Origin: Octopus vulgaris
Lineage: Eukaryota
Direction: 5' to 3'
NCBI GenBank assembly: GCA_951406725.2
Contig: OX597835.1
Coordinates: 186,001 to 250,000 of the forward strand
DNA: 64,000 bases
In this document: piece after piece, positions 52,054-64,000 of the stretch
Layout of the letters: each line of letters starts with the position of its first letter
Numbering within the stretch: position 1 is the stretch's first letter
Made by a program: the position numbers and the translations under genes
The notes under the pieces: model-generated
The model's input: the letters and a program-made list of their open reading frames with translations, nothing else
Database searches by the model: none
Told to the model about the DNA's origin: nothing

Positions 52054-52935
52054 TGTGGCCTGATCAATTAGTATCCGGACTGTTGCCATAGGAACAAAAC
52101 TAAAGCACACAGAGTGAAGCTGCTTGGCACAGATTGACCTTGGACTCTGCTGTTCATATGCAATAAGTTTTAACATTCTAGTTCACTTCCACTGTTTGCA
52201 GCAGTGCTTGGAAGGAAGGTGTGTAGCATGTGATTGTCACATTGACCATGACAGAGAAAGTTGAGCAGAGAATGTGCATCAAATTTTGCCAAAAGCTTGG
52301 CGATATCTGCTCAGTAGCCTACGCAAGGTTTACAAAAAGTTTTCATTGTTCTCAACACAATCAAGATCTTGTGCAACTGAAACCCGAGTGTCTTTTTGGT
52401 CAGCTGAAAGCAGTTTTGGCACAAACTTGGCAGACGTGCGCCTCATAGCCAAATCTTCAGTGATAATGGACTGAACTGAATCGTAACTAATCTGCATATT
52501 CTCTGATGACTCATGGTTGGTGATTCAACGATTTTCCCTCACAGCTGCATGCACATCTATGATGTTTTCCTCAGTTCTGCTGGTTGTGGGTCTCCTAGAA
52601 TGTTCGTCAATATCATAATTTTCTCAGCCACCTTGGAAACGGCTGAACCACTCATACACTTGCATGCAGCTCATTCACTCCTCTCCATCCACTTTGTATA
52701 GGCCTCTGAGCAGGTATCACCATGACAACTTTCTCTGTCATGGTCAATGTGACTATCACATGCTACACACCTTCCTTCCAAGCACTGCTGTAAACAGCAG
52801 AAGTGAGCTAGAATGTTAAAACTTTGTTGCAATGCACAGCAGAGTCAAAGGTCAATCTGTGCCAAGCGGCTTCACTCTGTATGCTTTAGCTTTGTTACTA
52901 TGGCAAGAATCCGGATACTTATTGATCAGACCTCC
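52054..52935 (-). mobile_element. Non-autonomous mariner derivative with two inverted left ends (copy 2), nested in a SINE microsatellite
   Basis: Reverse-complement homolog of 1197-2077. Arms at about 52054-52263 and 52726-52935. The left arm reads MTEKVEQRMCIKFCQKLGD. Confidence 0.85.
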
Positions 52936-55900
52936 TCTGTGTGTGTCTTTGTCTCTTTGTTTGTCCCCTCACCACGCTGGTGTGTTTATGTCCCTGTAAT
53001 TTAGTGGTTCAGCAAAAGAGCCTGATAAAATAAGTACCAGGCTTTAAATAATAAGCACTGGGGTCGACTCACTCGATTAAAATCTCGCCAAGGTGGTGCC
53101 CCAGCATGGCCACAGTCTAATGACTGAAACAAGTAAAAGATGAAAGATAAAAAAGATAGTCCCCGAAACTAAAAACTGGATTATGACACATCATAAGATG
53201 TTCATTGCTATAACATATCTCACAGTTCACAGATGCTTTCTACTCTTCCAGTATGACTTCACTTATTGCTTGTTCTAATCACGCACACACACTTCTACAC
53301 AGATGCATTATATTATTACCTTCACTCCTTAACTCTTTTTATAGGTGCAGCCATGGCTATTTGGTTGAGAAGTTCACTTCCCAACCATGTGGTTTTAGGT
53401 TTACTCTCACTTTGTGGCACCTTAGGCAACTGGCTTCCATAGTTGCAAGTCAATCAAAGCTTTGTTAGTGAATTTGGTAAAATAAAACTAAAAGGAGTGT
53501 GTGTGTGTTTGCGTGCACATATGGGTGTGTTTAGTATTTTTTTTATTATTCACTTTGAAAGAATGAAAGACAAATTAGGCCATAGATTTGAACTTGAAGC
53601 ACAGTGAGTCTAAACAAACCAATTTGCTACTTTGATGTACATGCATTCACCATTTTACACATGCATGTATATACACAAACACATATATACTCTCCATTAT
53701 ATGTATGTGTGCCCCACCATTATATATACATGTATCCACTATTGTATACACACACATAGGTATCCACTTGTGTATATATATGTATTCACCATTATACACA
53801 CACATGTATTCACCATTATATATACATGTATTTACCAATATATCTGGGGCAGTAGTTAGATTAAAATACAATGTAGGTTAAAGGTGTATTATATACACCC
53901 ATATTCTGTGCAGTTTGATGGTGTCTCTGGTTTCTCAGCTTCCCAGTATCATAACGATGTTGAAGATTCTGCCATGTAATATATCGGATGATTGTGGAAC
54001 AGCAACCGTACAGACATGATGGCTAGCAGAATCTCTGTTGCTGAGATAATAGCAGACATCAATACTCTCTGCCAATTAATTACAACATTGATTAGAGAGA
54101 GAGCTGGGTGTTGTAGAAGTTTGAATTACACCCCAGACATTGCTCCAACTGTGACTCATAAAGTTTGGTTTTATCAGATAATGCTATTAATTTCAGCTGA
54201 GCTTATCCGAAATATCTCATGTCCTACAAACAATCATTCCTGCCCCTGTGATATCATGATGTCATGTTGGGTGCATGCATAGAGGCAACATCTGTCGGAT
54301 GTGAGACATGACTAAAGAACCATTACGGTTCCATTTGTTTACAGGCTGCATGTTTCATGGCACGAGCATTAGAGAGTTTGTATAGTCCTAGGATGAGCAC
54401 ATTGTTCAAGGAGGAAATTAGGAGAAAGAGCGAGAGAGAGAGAGTGAGAGAGCGAGAGTAACAATGTCAGAGAGGCCAGAGTGAGTGAGTGGCAGGAACA
54501 GAAATAGGATGTGCAAGGCAGGGTTCTTAGGGGTTTGGTTTGGAGGTGGCTTTGGGGATTGGCAACAGCAGTAAGTGTGGCTGATGAGATAAGAGTAAGG
54601 GTAAATCTTTTATTTTTTACTTGTTTCAGTTATAAGACTGAGGCCATGCTGGAGCACCACCTTCAGTTTTTAGTTGACTGAATCAACCCCAGGACTTAGT
54701 TTTTTAAGTCTGGTACTTATTCTGTTGGCTCCTTTATCCGAACCACTTAGTGATGGGGACGCAAACACACCAACACTAGTTGTCAACACACACACACACA
54801 ACTGGCTTCTTTCAGTCTTTGTTTGCCAAATCCACTCGTAAGATTTTTGTTGGGCTGAGGCTATAGTAGAAGACACTTGTCCAAGGTGCCATGCAGTGGG
54901 ACTGAACCTGGAACCATGCGATTGGGAAGCAAGCTTCTTTACCACACAACCACCTTATCTTCAGAGATGTTATCTACAGGTTAAAAATGTTATTACAGAA
55001 GGTTTTAAAATAAAGGTTCCTTGTTTGAACCCATTGTATAATTGCACATCTAAGAATAAAGACACCTGATGATGATGATGATGATGATGACAATGTTTCC
55101 ATGTCATAAAGACAAGGTCAATAACCTGAAATACTGCAGCCCCATGGTCCATATTTCTGTAGTTTTACTACTCTAATGACTCTATCAGTTCACTGCTTTA
55201 TCTAGGATTATATCATCCAATGTGTCCTTCGTAATCTAAGATGGCAGAGCATGATTCAAGAAATAATTGGTTGCCATTTCTAGACAATCAAGCAATCACA
55301 GAGGCATCATTCATTGATTCCTAGCTGTGACCTTTTGATTGAATAGGTTAAGGGACTCGCTCCACAGTGAACAAAGTTCATGTTTTGGTTGTTATTTTCC
55401 AATTGTTAATTAGTCTTTAAAACTGTCTTCAGATTCTCCAGACACACTGAAACTATTTCCATAATATAGGTTGTTCTTTTCTTTTTTTCCCCTTGTTAAG
55501 TAGATTCTTGTTGCCATGGTTTCACTACTAGTTGTACTGTCAGAAATGTTTCCACCCTGATTGTCCTTTATTGGCGTCGGGTATATGTGTGTGTACCTTT
55601 GTTCATTGGTTTGTGTGTGTGAGAGAGAGAGAGATTGAGATCTGATGCTATACATTTTAAATACTTTTAGAAATTAATAAGTAATTATGGTGACAGGCAA
55701 AAAAGCTAAATCTGATTACAATGCGCTTGACATAAATTATGACATGGAATGTCGTTATTTTTATTCATTCGTGTGTGTGTGTGTGTGTGTGTTGATATCT
55801 GTAATTTATGTACTTATTTAATTATTTTATTTATTTATTCTGTTTAATTTGATCAGACAGATGGAACCATTTTGTATTTGATTTTTCATTTTCTCCTGAA

Positions 55901-56325
55901 ATTGAACAGCTAATCCTAATCTTATAATGGCTTTTTCCATAGCCTCAGGCTGGAATCTAGTTTTCCGAGAACACAGGAAAAGAAATATAAGTCAATTCAT
56001 TTGCTATCTGTATGGAAAGGAGGTCTGGCTCTGCAATTTGTTCGTAGTAAAGACATGCAAACTCACTAATGGTGGCGGTGGTTCTTTTACTTCATCTTCT
56101 CTTCTTCTGCTTTCTTCTTTTTCTTCATGTTCTTAGCTTCCTCCTCCTCCTCCTTCTTTTCCTTTCTTTCTTTCTTTCTTTTTTTTCATTTCCTCCTCCT
56201 CCTGTTATTACAGAGATGGATTCTGTTTTCAGTCCCCACACTCTTGTTATCTCTATTTTCTGATCCTTACATATTGATATAATTTCTCCTTTTCTTTTAG
56301 AAAAACAAACACACCCCCACACATA

Positions 56326-57172
56326 CTGGGTGTGATGGGTAAATCGTCACCATTTTATATTTTTAATTTTGCACATGTGCATTGTTTGTTTTTAATTTTG
56401 TCGACTACGCAGTAGGGTCAGTTGGGCACCATCTGTGAAAAAAACAGCATCATGATGCAATTCACTCAGCCAGAAATTTAGAAACAATATGCTGTACTGC
56501 TTGGCATTCATGCTGGAAGCTCCAATATGATCATTTCAGAGTGTTTGTGTGTCAATCTGAGGACGACGCAACCTGAGGACATGTACCAAGAGTGATAAAA
56601 ATCAAACATCCAGTCAACATCACGGTGTTTGGAGTGATCACTAGTGATGGCGATGTTATACCGCCATTCATCTTCCCACATGGCCTCACACTCAACACAG
56701 AGGCCTACATCAAGTGCCTGGTGGAGGTAGTGCTGTCCTGGGTCAAGAGGGCGGCTGCTGGAAGACCCTATGTTTGACACCAGGACTGCACCACGTCACA
56801 CAAGCAGAACCCAGTCATGGCTCTCAGACAATTTCTGCAACCACATCACCCCTAACATCTGGCCACCTAACTCCCCAGACTGCAATCCCTCCCTTGATTA
56901 TTATGTGTGGGGTGCAGTTGAGCAAGAGACCAATAAAACCCCTTGTAACACCAAAGATGAACTGAAGCCAAAGATTATGGCAGTGTTCACCAACTTAAAC
57001 AAGGAGACTGTCCAGAAGAGTTACAGGAGACTCCTAAGTCATCTGGAGGGCATGGTTGAAGACAATGGCTATTTTATTGGATAAATTTACATAAAAATAT
57101 CTGTTAAATGAGATGTCAGTGTTATTTTCATTTTTGCGTAATTTAGGCAGCAGTTTATTAACCTACCCTCTG
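56326..57172 (+). mobile_element. Internally deleted Tc1/mariner-superfamily element, probably maT (DD37D)
   Basis: KHPVNITVFGVITSDG..PPFIFP, QD..APRHTS, WPPNSPDCNP.LDYYVWG. Reconstructed D-D spacing is about 37. Degenerate TIRs. Confidence 0.8.
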
Positions 57173-58428
57173 TGTATGTGTGTGTAAATGTAGTGTCTTC
57201 CACTGATCTGACCAAACCCTTGTTAGTGGATTTGGTAGATGGAAACTGAAAGAAGCCCAATGTATGTGCATGTACACTTGCCTAGCCATCATGTGATTGT
57301 TGTAAATGAGCATCGCACAAACAAGTTTGTTTGTTTCCAGTCTTCTTTGAAAAATATGGGAAAATATAAAGTTACTTGAGAACAGACAAGCATTGGCAAT
57401 AGCCCCTCTACAAATTCCATCAGACCCATGCAAGCATGGAAAAGGGGACACTAAAACAATGAGGACGACATTGATTTAACCCTTTAGTATTTAATCTGGC
57501 CATGTCGGGCCAAAATATTCCACCCGTTGTATACTCAAACTGGCCAGAACCAGCCCCTCACACGAACCCTACAATATCATTGTAAAAATGAAGTTAGCTT
57601 ATCAAAATTTCAAAAGCTACAAAATAATGCATCATTAATTCAAAACAATGTGAATAAATAATCATTACTTTTGACTGAGTAATGTGAATGTTAAAGGATT
57701 AAGGAAGATTTGGTTGTGTTGCTATCTCTAGCAAGTTGAGTGACCACATTGAGGCTCCCTTTATGTTGTCAGTCATCAGATGTTAAAATTAAAAGCAACA
57801 TTTAATTCGTTTAATTCCTGTAATCTGTCTAGCTGAAAATAGGTGTTTGTGTGCATCAGTGGATGTTTACTTAGGCTTGTTTCCCAGTAACCCATCCGGC
57901 TAAATCAACAAAGTGCTGACCCTTCTAGCTACAGGGTTGGACATTGCCATCCTGTTACTTGCTGCTGCTTAGATGTATCCCTGGTAAAGATGTCTGGTGC
58001 TGACAGACCCTGTTTCCTTATGAGATACCATGAGGTGGTGGAAGACGTGGGAGTGAAGTTCACAATTTTCAGAACCAGTTTTACAAATCTGTTGTTCACT
58101 TAGTCTACAGTATTCATCATCATCAACATCGACAACAACAAACACAACATTTAACATCTGCTTTCCATGCTGGCATGGATTGGACAGCTAGGCAGGAACT
58201 GGCAAGGACAGGAGCCACACAGGTCTCATAGTCTGTTTTGGTTTGGTCTCTACAGCTGGATGCCCTTCCTAACATGCCAACCACTTTACAGAGTGTACTG
58301 GGTGCTTTTTACGTGATGCCATCACCAGTGCTTTTCACATGGCACCAGTGTTACATATATATTTTCTCACATGTATGTGTGTGTATACACTTGTGTATAT
58401 GTGTGTGTGTACAAGAAGGTGTTATATA

Positions 58429-59265
58429 TTGAGTTGAGGAATAATTCATGAGCATTTTTTTTTTTCAAATTTATTTTAAACAAAAAAACTACAACAAATT
58501 AATTAATAATATACTATCTGTTGTTGTTGTTTACGACTTCCTGCTGCTGTTTGTCGATGCCTAAGCAATAGAAATCTCCCGGTCTTGACTCAAAGAATTC
58601 GTCCAGCTGAGCCCTCCATTCCACATCATTATTGAACAATGCACCATGCAAAGTGTTCGAAAGGGATGAAAATCTAATGGTGCCAAGTCTGGAAAGTATG
58701 GAGGATGAGGTAGCACTTCCCATTGAGTTCTTGAATCGCAGCTTTGGCCATATTGGCGATGTGAACCTTGCAGATTGAGTGAAGGTGGTTCACCACAGTT
58801 TTTTTATCACAATCCATCTGCTCTGCCAATTTCCTGGTCGTTTGACATGATTTTTCATGAAGAAGTTGATTCAGTCTCTCTTCATCGAACTCAGTTAGTT
58901 GACCAGTGTGCGATCCGTTCTTGAGGTAAAAATTCCCATTTTTGAAGTGCGGAAACCAATAGCGGGTGGTACTTTGAGGCATTATTCCTTCTCCATACAC
59001 AACACAAATCTCACAAGCAGCTTCAGTGACTTCGATTAAATGCAAAAAGCAAATGGTGTCAAAAATGCTCAGTTTTGTCCTCTTGATATTCCATTTTAAT
59101 GATCTGAAAATACACAAAAATCAATAAAATTAAAAAATCAAAACACACTAATTTGTAGAGCAAAAAATTCTCTTTTAAGTAACATTAAACATTTTGCCGA
59201 TGCCTTTTATTTCTGTTTGCATTTTTAAATTTGAAAAAAACGCTCATGAATTTTCTTCAAACCAA
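58429..59265 (-). mobile_element. Internally deleted mariner element
   Basis: TA-flanked TIRs TTGAGTTGAGGAATAATTCATGAGC / GCTCATGAATTTTCTTCAAACCAA. HTH region fused to C-terminal HPPYFPDLAPLDFH. Confidence 0.88.
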
Positions 59266-59283
59266 TATATGCAAACACACTCT

Positions 59284-59317
<34 letters not shown>

Positions 59318-60231
59318 GAGGCAAGGCTGTGGGGTTGAGTACTTTGCTTTGCACCCACATAATCTAAAGTTTGGTCTCACTGCATGCTATCTTTGGCAAC
59401 TCTCTTCAACTACCTCCATGACTATCCCATCTCACTCTGTACCTGAGACCACATTGTCTAAGTTGTGCATTTTTATTAAAAATGGTAGCATATCATTGAA
59501 GGTAATTTTGGTTACCATTTCTAGCAGGACAAGAGACCACAACATAGCAATGCCTTTATTGGTAGGTGACATATGTTGGGATCTATAATGAAAGCTTTAA
59601 TTGGGATCAATCAACAATCCCTTGCTATCTCATTTGAAATATACAAAATACTTTAGGGTGGTCATGTTTAGAATGTCTTTTGTGATAGGTCTGCTCGACC
59701 AGTATTAACCTGGTGTTAAACAACAGCAACGAAAATAACATTCCAGACCCCTCCCCCCCCCCCCAGCCTAACCTATGCTTTGTGTTGACTGAATTACAAG
59801 AAATGAATAAATGAATGTAAGAATCAAAGAATATATCAATTTTAGTTTTTCTTCCTTGTACAAACCTTACCCATTGACCTGACACAGTCAAGGACCTATA
59901 GATTGGTAAAACAAAATAAGACAAAAAAAAATTGATTGATTTTATTGCATTTTCTTATATAAATTTTTCCCCACCCTGTTTTTTTCTTTGGGTTTTTTTT
60001 TCTATGAACGGCATTTTTCTTTCCATATTCTAACGCAATGGTAACATGAAATTTTTTCTATTTTTGTCTTTTACTTGTTTCAGTCATCAGACTACGACCA
60101 TACTTGGGCACCACCTTTAAGAATTTTTAGTCGAATGAATCACCCCACCCAGTTCTTATGTTTTTGAGCCTAGTACTTAGATAAAAAAAATATATGTAGC
60201 TCTTCACTAACAATTTAGCCACCCTGTTATA

Positions 60232-60701
60232 CAGGATGTCCCACAATTAACTATTTCAAAGAAATTGGGCAAGTTTTAAAAGAACTGACAGAATTTTATT
60301 ATGTTTATTACTTAATTATAATACCAAAAGAAATAGATTTATGTGAAAACTTTATTGAAAATTTTCAGCATGTGCTCCATCTGTATCTCTACAAATTTCA
60401 AATCTGTCCTTAGCATTGTGATACACCCTTTGAAGCATTTCAGAACTTATCTCCTGCACTGCTTACTGAATGCATCCTTTAAGTTCAGCTAAACTATTGC
60501 TCCATCATCCTGAGGATGGAGAAAACAATTGCAGCCAAATTGAAAACAAACTGCCATGGATGGATAAGTGGAGCCAACAAGAATAAACATAAAATCATAA
60601 AAAAAACCCTACGAAGATTATAAAAGGATAAACATAAGAGTTTTTTTGTTTTTTTTAAATTTCCAATCACTGAAATAGATAGTTAATTCTGGGACACCCT
60701 G
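60232..60701 (-). mobile_element. Tc1/mariner-superfamily deletion derivative
   Basis: TIRs CAGGATGTCCCACAATTAACTAT / ATAGTTAATTCTGGGACACCCTG. Minus-strand C-terminal remnant EMLQRVYHNAKDRFEICRDTDGAHAEN. Confidence 0.75.
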
Positions 60702-61743
60702 TGTATGAATGTTTTGTAAACTTATATTCCAAACATCACCTAATAACAAATAAGATAGTCCTTTCAGTAGTTCCCTTCAAATTCTTGATTATTTTCAAAA
60801 TTAATTGAAACAAGAACTGGAAATTCACTACAAATCTGTTACAAAAAAGTTAAAATTACATTTGGATAATGTAGCTCTAAAAGTGTTGTCTTAATGGAAA
60901 AGTCCAGAATGTCATGCTTGGAATGCCTTTGATCACTGGGTCTATACAAAGTTGGGACTAAACAACAACAACAAGGAGCTATATATTACTCACACACGGT
61001 TTCTTCTCTCTGCATCTTCTGCTGCTACTAAAACAGTCTTTGTTCCCCTGAACTACTTAACTCCATACACTTCTCCCTCCAGACCTGTTTAACCCCATTT
61101 TGTTCCTTCCCCTTTTAACACCCTTGCTGTGTCTCATCATCCAGATCCTGAACTCAACACATCACTCAGTACTTCCTTCCCAGAACAGCAAGGGAGGTCC
61201 TCTCATATTCTCACCTTTTTTTTTTCCTTTTTACCTGTCGTTCTTCAGATGTTGAACTGAACATTAACTATGTCAACTTCATCAGTCTGGAGGTGGTGAG
61301 GGCTTACACATAGTATGGGCTTGGCCTCCCCTCCTGCCTCTAACTTTGATTTTTAAAAAAATTTTTAATAGTATTGATGTATTGATAGTACTTAACAATT
61401 CTGCCTTCATTATCATCATCATAATCATCATTACCATCTTAATTTTTATCTTCATAGTCATTGCTATTATTTTCATAATTATTATTACTATCTTTGTAGT
61501 CATCATTAGTGTCTTCATAATCATCATCTTCATAATGTTTATTCATATTGTTTTATCATCTTCTTCATCATCATAGTTGTTATCATCATCATCATTATCA
61601 TAGTCATCTCTGTCATCAGCTCCAAGTTCACCATTAATCATCATTTCTCTAATAGAATCCCAGATAAACCCTGACGGAGCAAACCTCCAATCAAAGATAT
61701 TTCAGCCAGAACCATTTCTTTTGTATTTTTAAGACCTCATTAA

Positions 61744-61962
61744 CCCTTTCGTTACCAACCCAGCTGAAACTGCCTCTGGCTCTGTAATACAAATGTCTTG
61801 TTTTAAGTTCTGAATTAAAATCTTCCACTAAACCTTAGTCACAATTTATGTTCCTAGCACTAGCTGAATGATAACTAAGTTATTTTACCAAATTCTTTGT
61901 TATATTTAAAATTAATTGAAAGAAACACAGAGCATCTCAAAAGAAATATGGTAACAAAAGGG
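61744..61962. mobile_element. piggyBac-type MITE sharing termini with 33598-34681; decayed relative at about 44437-44808
   Basis: TTAA|CCCTTTCGTTACCAA ... GGTAACAAAAGGG|TTAA. Confidence 0.85.
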
Positions 61963-63125
61963 TTAAGGTACGAAATTGGTAGAAACATTAAAGCATCAGG
62001 GAAAATGCTTAGCACCATTTGTTCCAGCTCTTTCAGTTTTTTGTTCAAATCTCATCAAGGTCTGCTTTGCCATTCATCCCTCTGTCAAGTACTAACCACT
62101 CTGAGGTGGTGGTCAACTGAATTGATAGGAAGTTGGGCATACTACTTTGCAGTATTTGTTCCAACACTTTATGGTCTGAGTGCCAAGATGACTATGGTGG
62201 ACTTGTCCCTGTCCAGCTGACAAGCTGGTATCTTGTAAAAATATTAGAAAGAAGGCAACAGGAAAGCACTTAGGTTTTTCCCATGAAAATTCTAGGATAA
62301 TAATACAGCCCTTGTCAAGGAAGTCACCAGGAACCATTTTAAAACCTGATGGCAGAGAGAGAGAGATGGATAAGAGTAATGGATATATTCTTTAAGGTCT
62401 GTTAAGAATGGTTGAGTGCAATTTGAGGGAGATTTGCTGCTATTTCTGGTTGATCCAGTAACCATTTAGAGACTATCTTGCCTAGTATTAGAGATAGGCG
62501 CTGTTGATTGTAGAAAGGAGGAGGGGAAATTGTGGGTGGTAATGTGATCGATGCGATATGGGGAAAATGTGTGAAGCAGAGAATCAGTGATCAGGTTGTA
62601 GATCGACAACGGAATTTTTGATACTTAATATAGCATGTAAGGCTGTTCACACCATAAACCAAAAGTGAATATAACAAACACACACATATACATACATACA
62701 TACGTATATACATATATATGTATGTATTAATGTTTGTGTGTGTGTGTCTGTATACACATACACAGACTCACATATATATATATCAATATATATATATATG
62801 TATGTAAGTGTTTGAAATGGCTCTCAAGTCTTAGATCAAGTCGCCAGACAAGTACAACTCAGAAAAAAAAGAAAAGTTTTTTTATTCTTTTGTACTGACT
62901 GAAGGTGACAGGGAGGAGGAGGAGGTAGTAGCAATTGTGTAATAAGTAACTTAGAGTTTATACCTGAGACACTGAAAAGAAGTAATTGAAAGCTCACACA
63001 TACGTACACATAAACAGGTCAAACCAGTGGCTCCGAACCATGTTTAGTCTACGCTCCTCCACTCCCCCTCTCACACATGCATTAACCATCTGTGTCCTGT
63101 GACTCTAATGCAAACTTATATCTGT

Positions 63126-63156
<31 letters not shown>

Positions 63157-63825
63157 TGCACACGCATACATGGTTTCTACTAATCTAGCAAGCAGACCCT
63201 GACAGAATTTCCATGCCCTGATTAGCAGCAATATAAAAGCTATTATTCAACATGAAACTCACTCTGGTATCCCTAAATTAGACTGCTTTACCCAGACAAT
63301 TCAAAGATTGGACTCCATGTAAATTCTCTTCTCCTCCTCCCCCACCTTCCCACACTCTCCTTTCATCTGTTCACACTTGCTCTCCATTGGTGAGTAACCT
63401 CCTCTCTTTCTTCAGCTCCAACAGAGAGGTGGATGCAGTTTATAAATAGGGACGAATGTTGGATTTGTTTGTTTTAATGCAGAATAAATGGACTTAAGGG
63501 ACAATTTTTAAAATTGGTCTCCTTGAAGCATGGCTGTGTGCTTAAGAAGTTTGCTTTGCAACTGCCTAGTTCCCAGTTCAGTTCCACTTGGGAAAGTATT
63601 TTCTGTTATACCTTCAAGTCGACTCATAGCATGTAATGAGAATTTGGCAGATGGAAATTGTAGAAGTCCATCATGTGTGTGTGTTTTATGTCCCTTTTTG
63701 TCCCATAATATAGCAGTTCAACTAATAGAAAATGATAAAATAGGTACTAATAGTGAGGTCAATAGGATGGACTAAACCCTTGTAAGAAGTGCCCTAGTTT
63801 GGCCATAAGCCAATGATTGAAACTA

Positions 63826-64000
63826 TTGGGTTGGCAACTAAGTTCCCGCAGTTTTTTTTTTAATTTAAATTTTTTTAAAAGGTTTAATAAAAAATAACAA
63901 CTAATTAATCAATAATGTATTCACCCTTGTTGTTTACAACTTCCTCCCAACGGTTGACAAGATTTTCAATACCTCGTTGGTAGAAATCCCCCGATTTCGA
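63826..64000 (-). mobile_element. 3' end of a mariner element running off the window
   Basis: TA|TTGGGTTGGCAACTAAG TIR. Minus strand reads DFYQRGIENLVNRWEEVVNNKGEYIID*. Confidence 0.85.

Overview
AT-rich, microsatellite- and transposon-dense animal DNA. The SINE/LINE repertoire points to a cephalopod, most likely Octopus (inference from recalled repeat families). One host coding exon is recognisable, and the ORF track misses it: 46141-46230 (+) encodes [30 protein letters not shown], the N-terminus of the RING E3 ligase RNF41/NRDP1, between a clean acceptor and a GTAAGT donor. The rest appears to be introns or upstream DNA filled with mobile elements: two ~98% identical CR1-type LINE copies, an RTE LINE with a PHD finger inside its RT, RTE-X and R4/Dong remnants, several Tc1/mariner derivatives, piggyBac-type TTAA elements, a Charlie-type hAT and four SINE families. 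Nearly all other listed ORFs are microsatellite or repeat noise. The most notable unexplained structures are two minimal hammerhead-ribozyme motifs (one sense-oriented inside the RNF41 intron), a ~230-bp-arm foldback hairpin in that intron, and a CpG-dense non-repeat block. I found no evidence for a wholly new multi-gene system. All coordinates and counts were read by eye; SINE boundaries are approximate.
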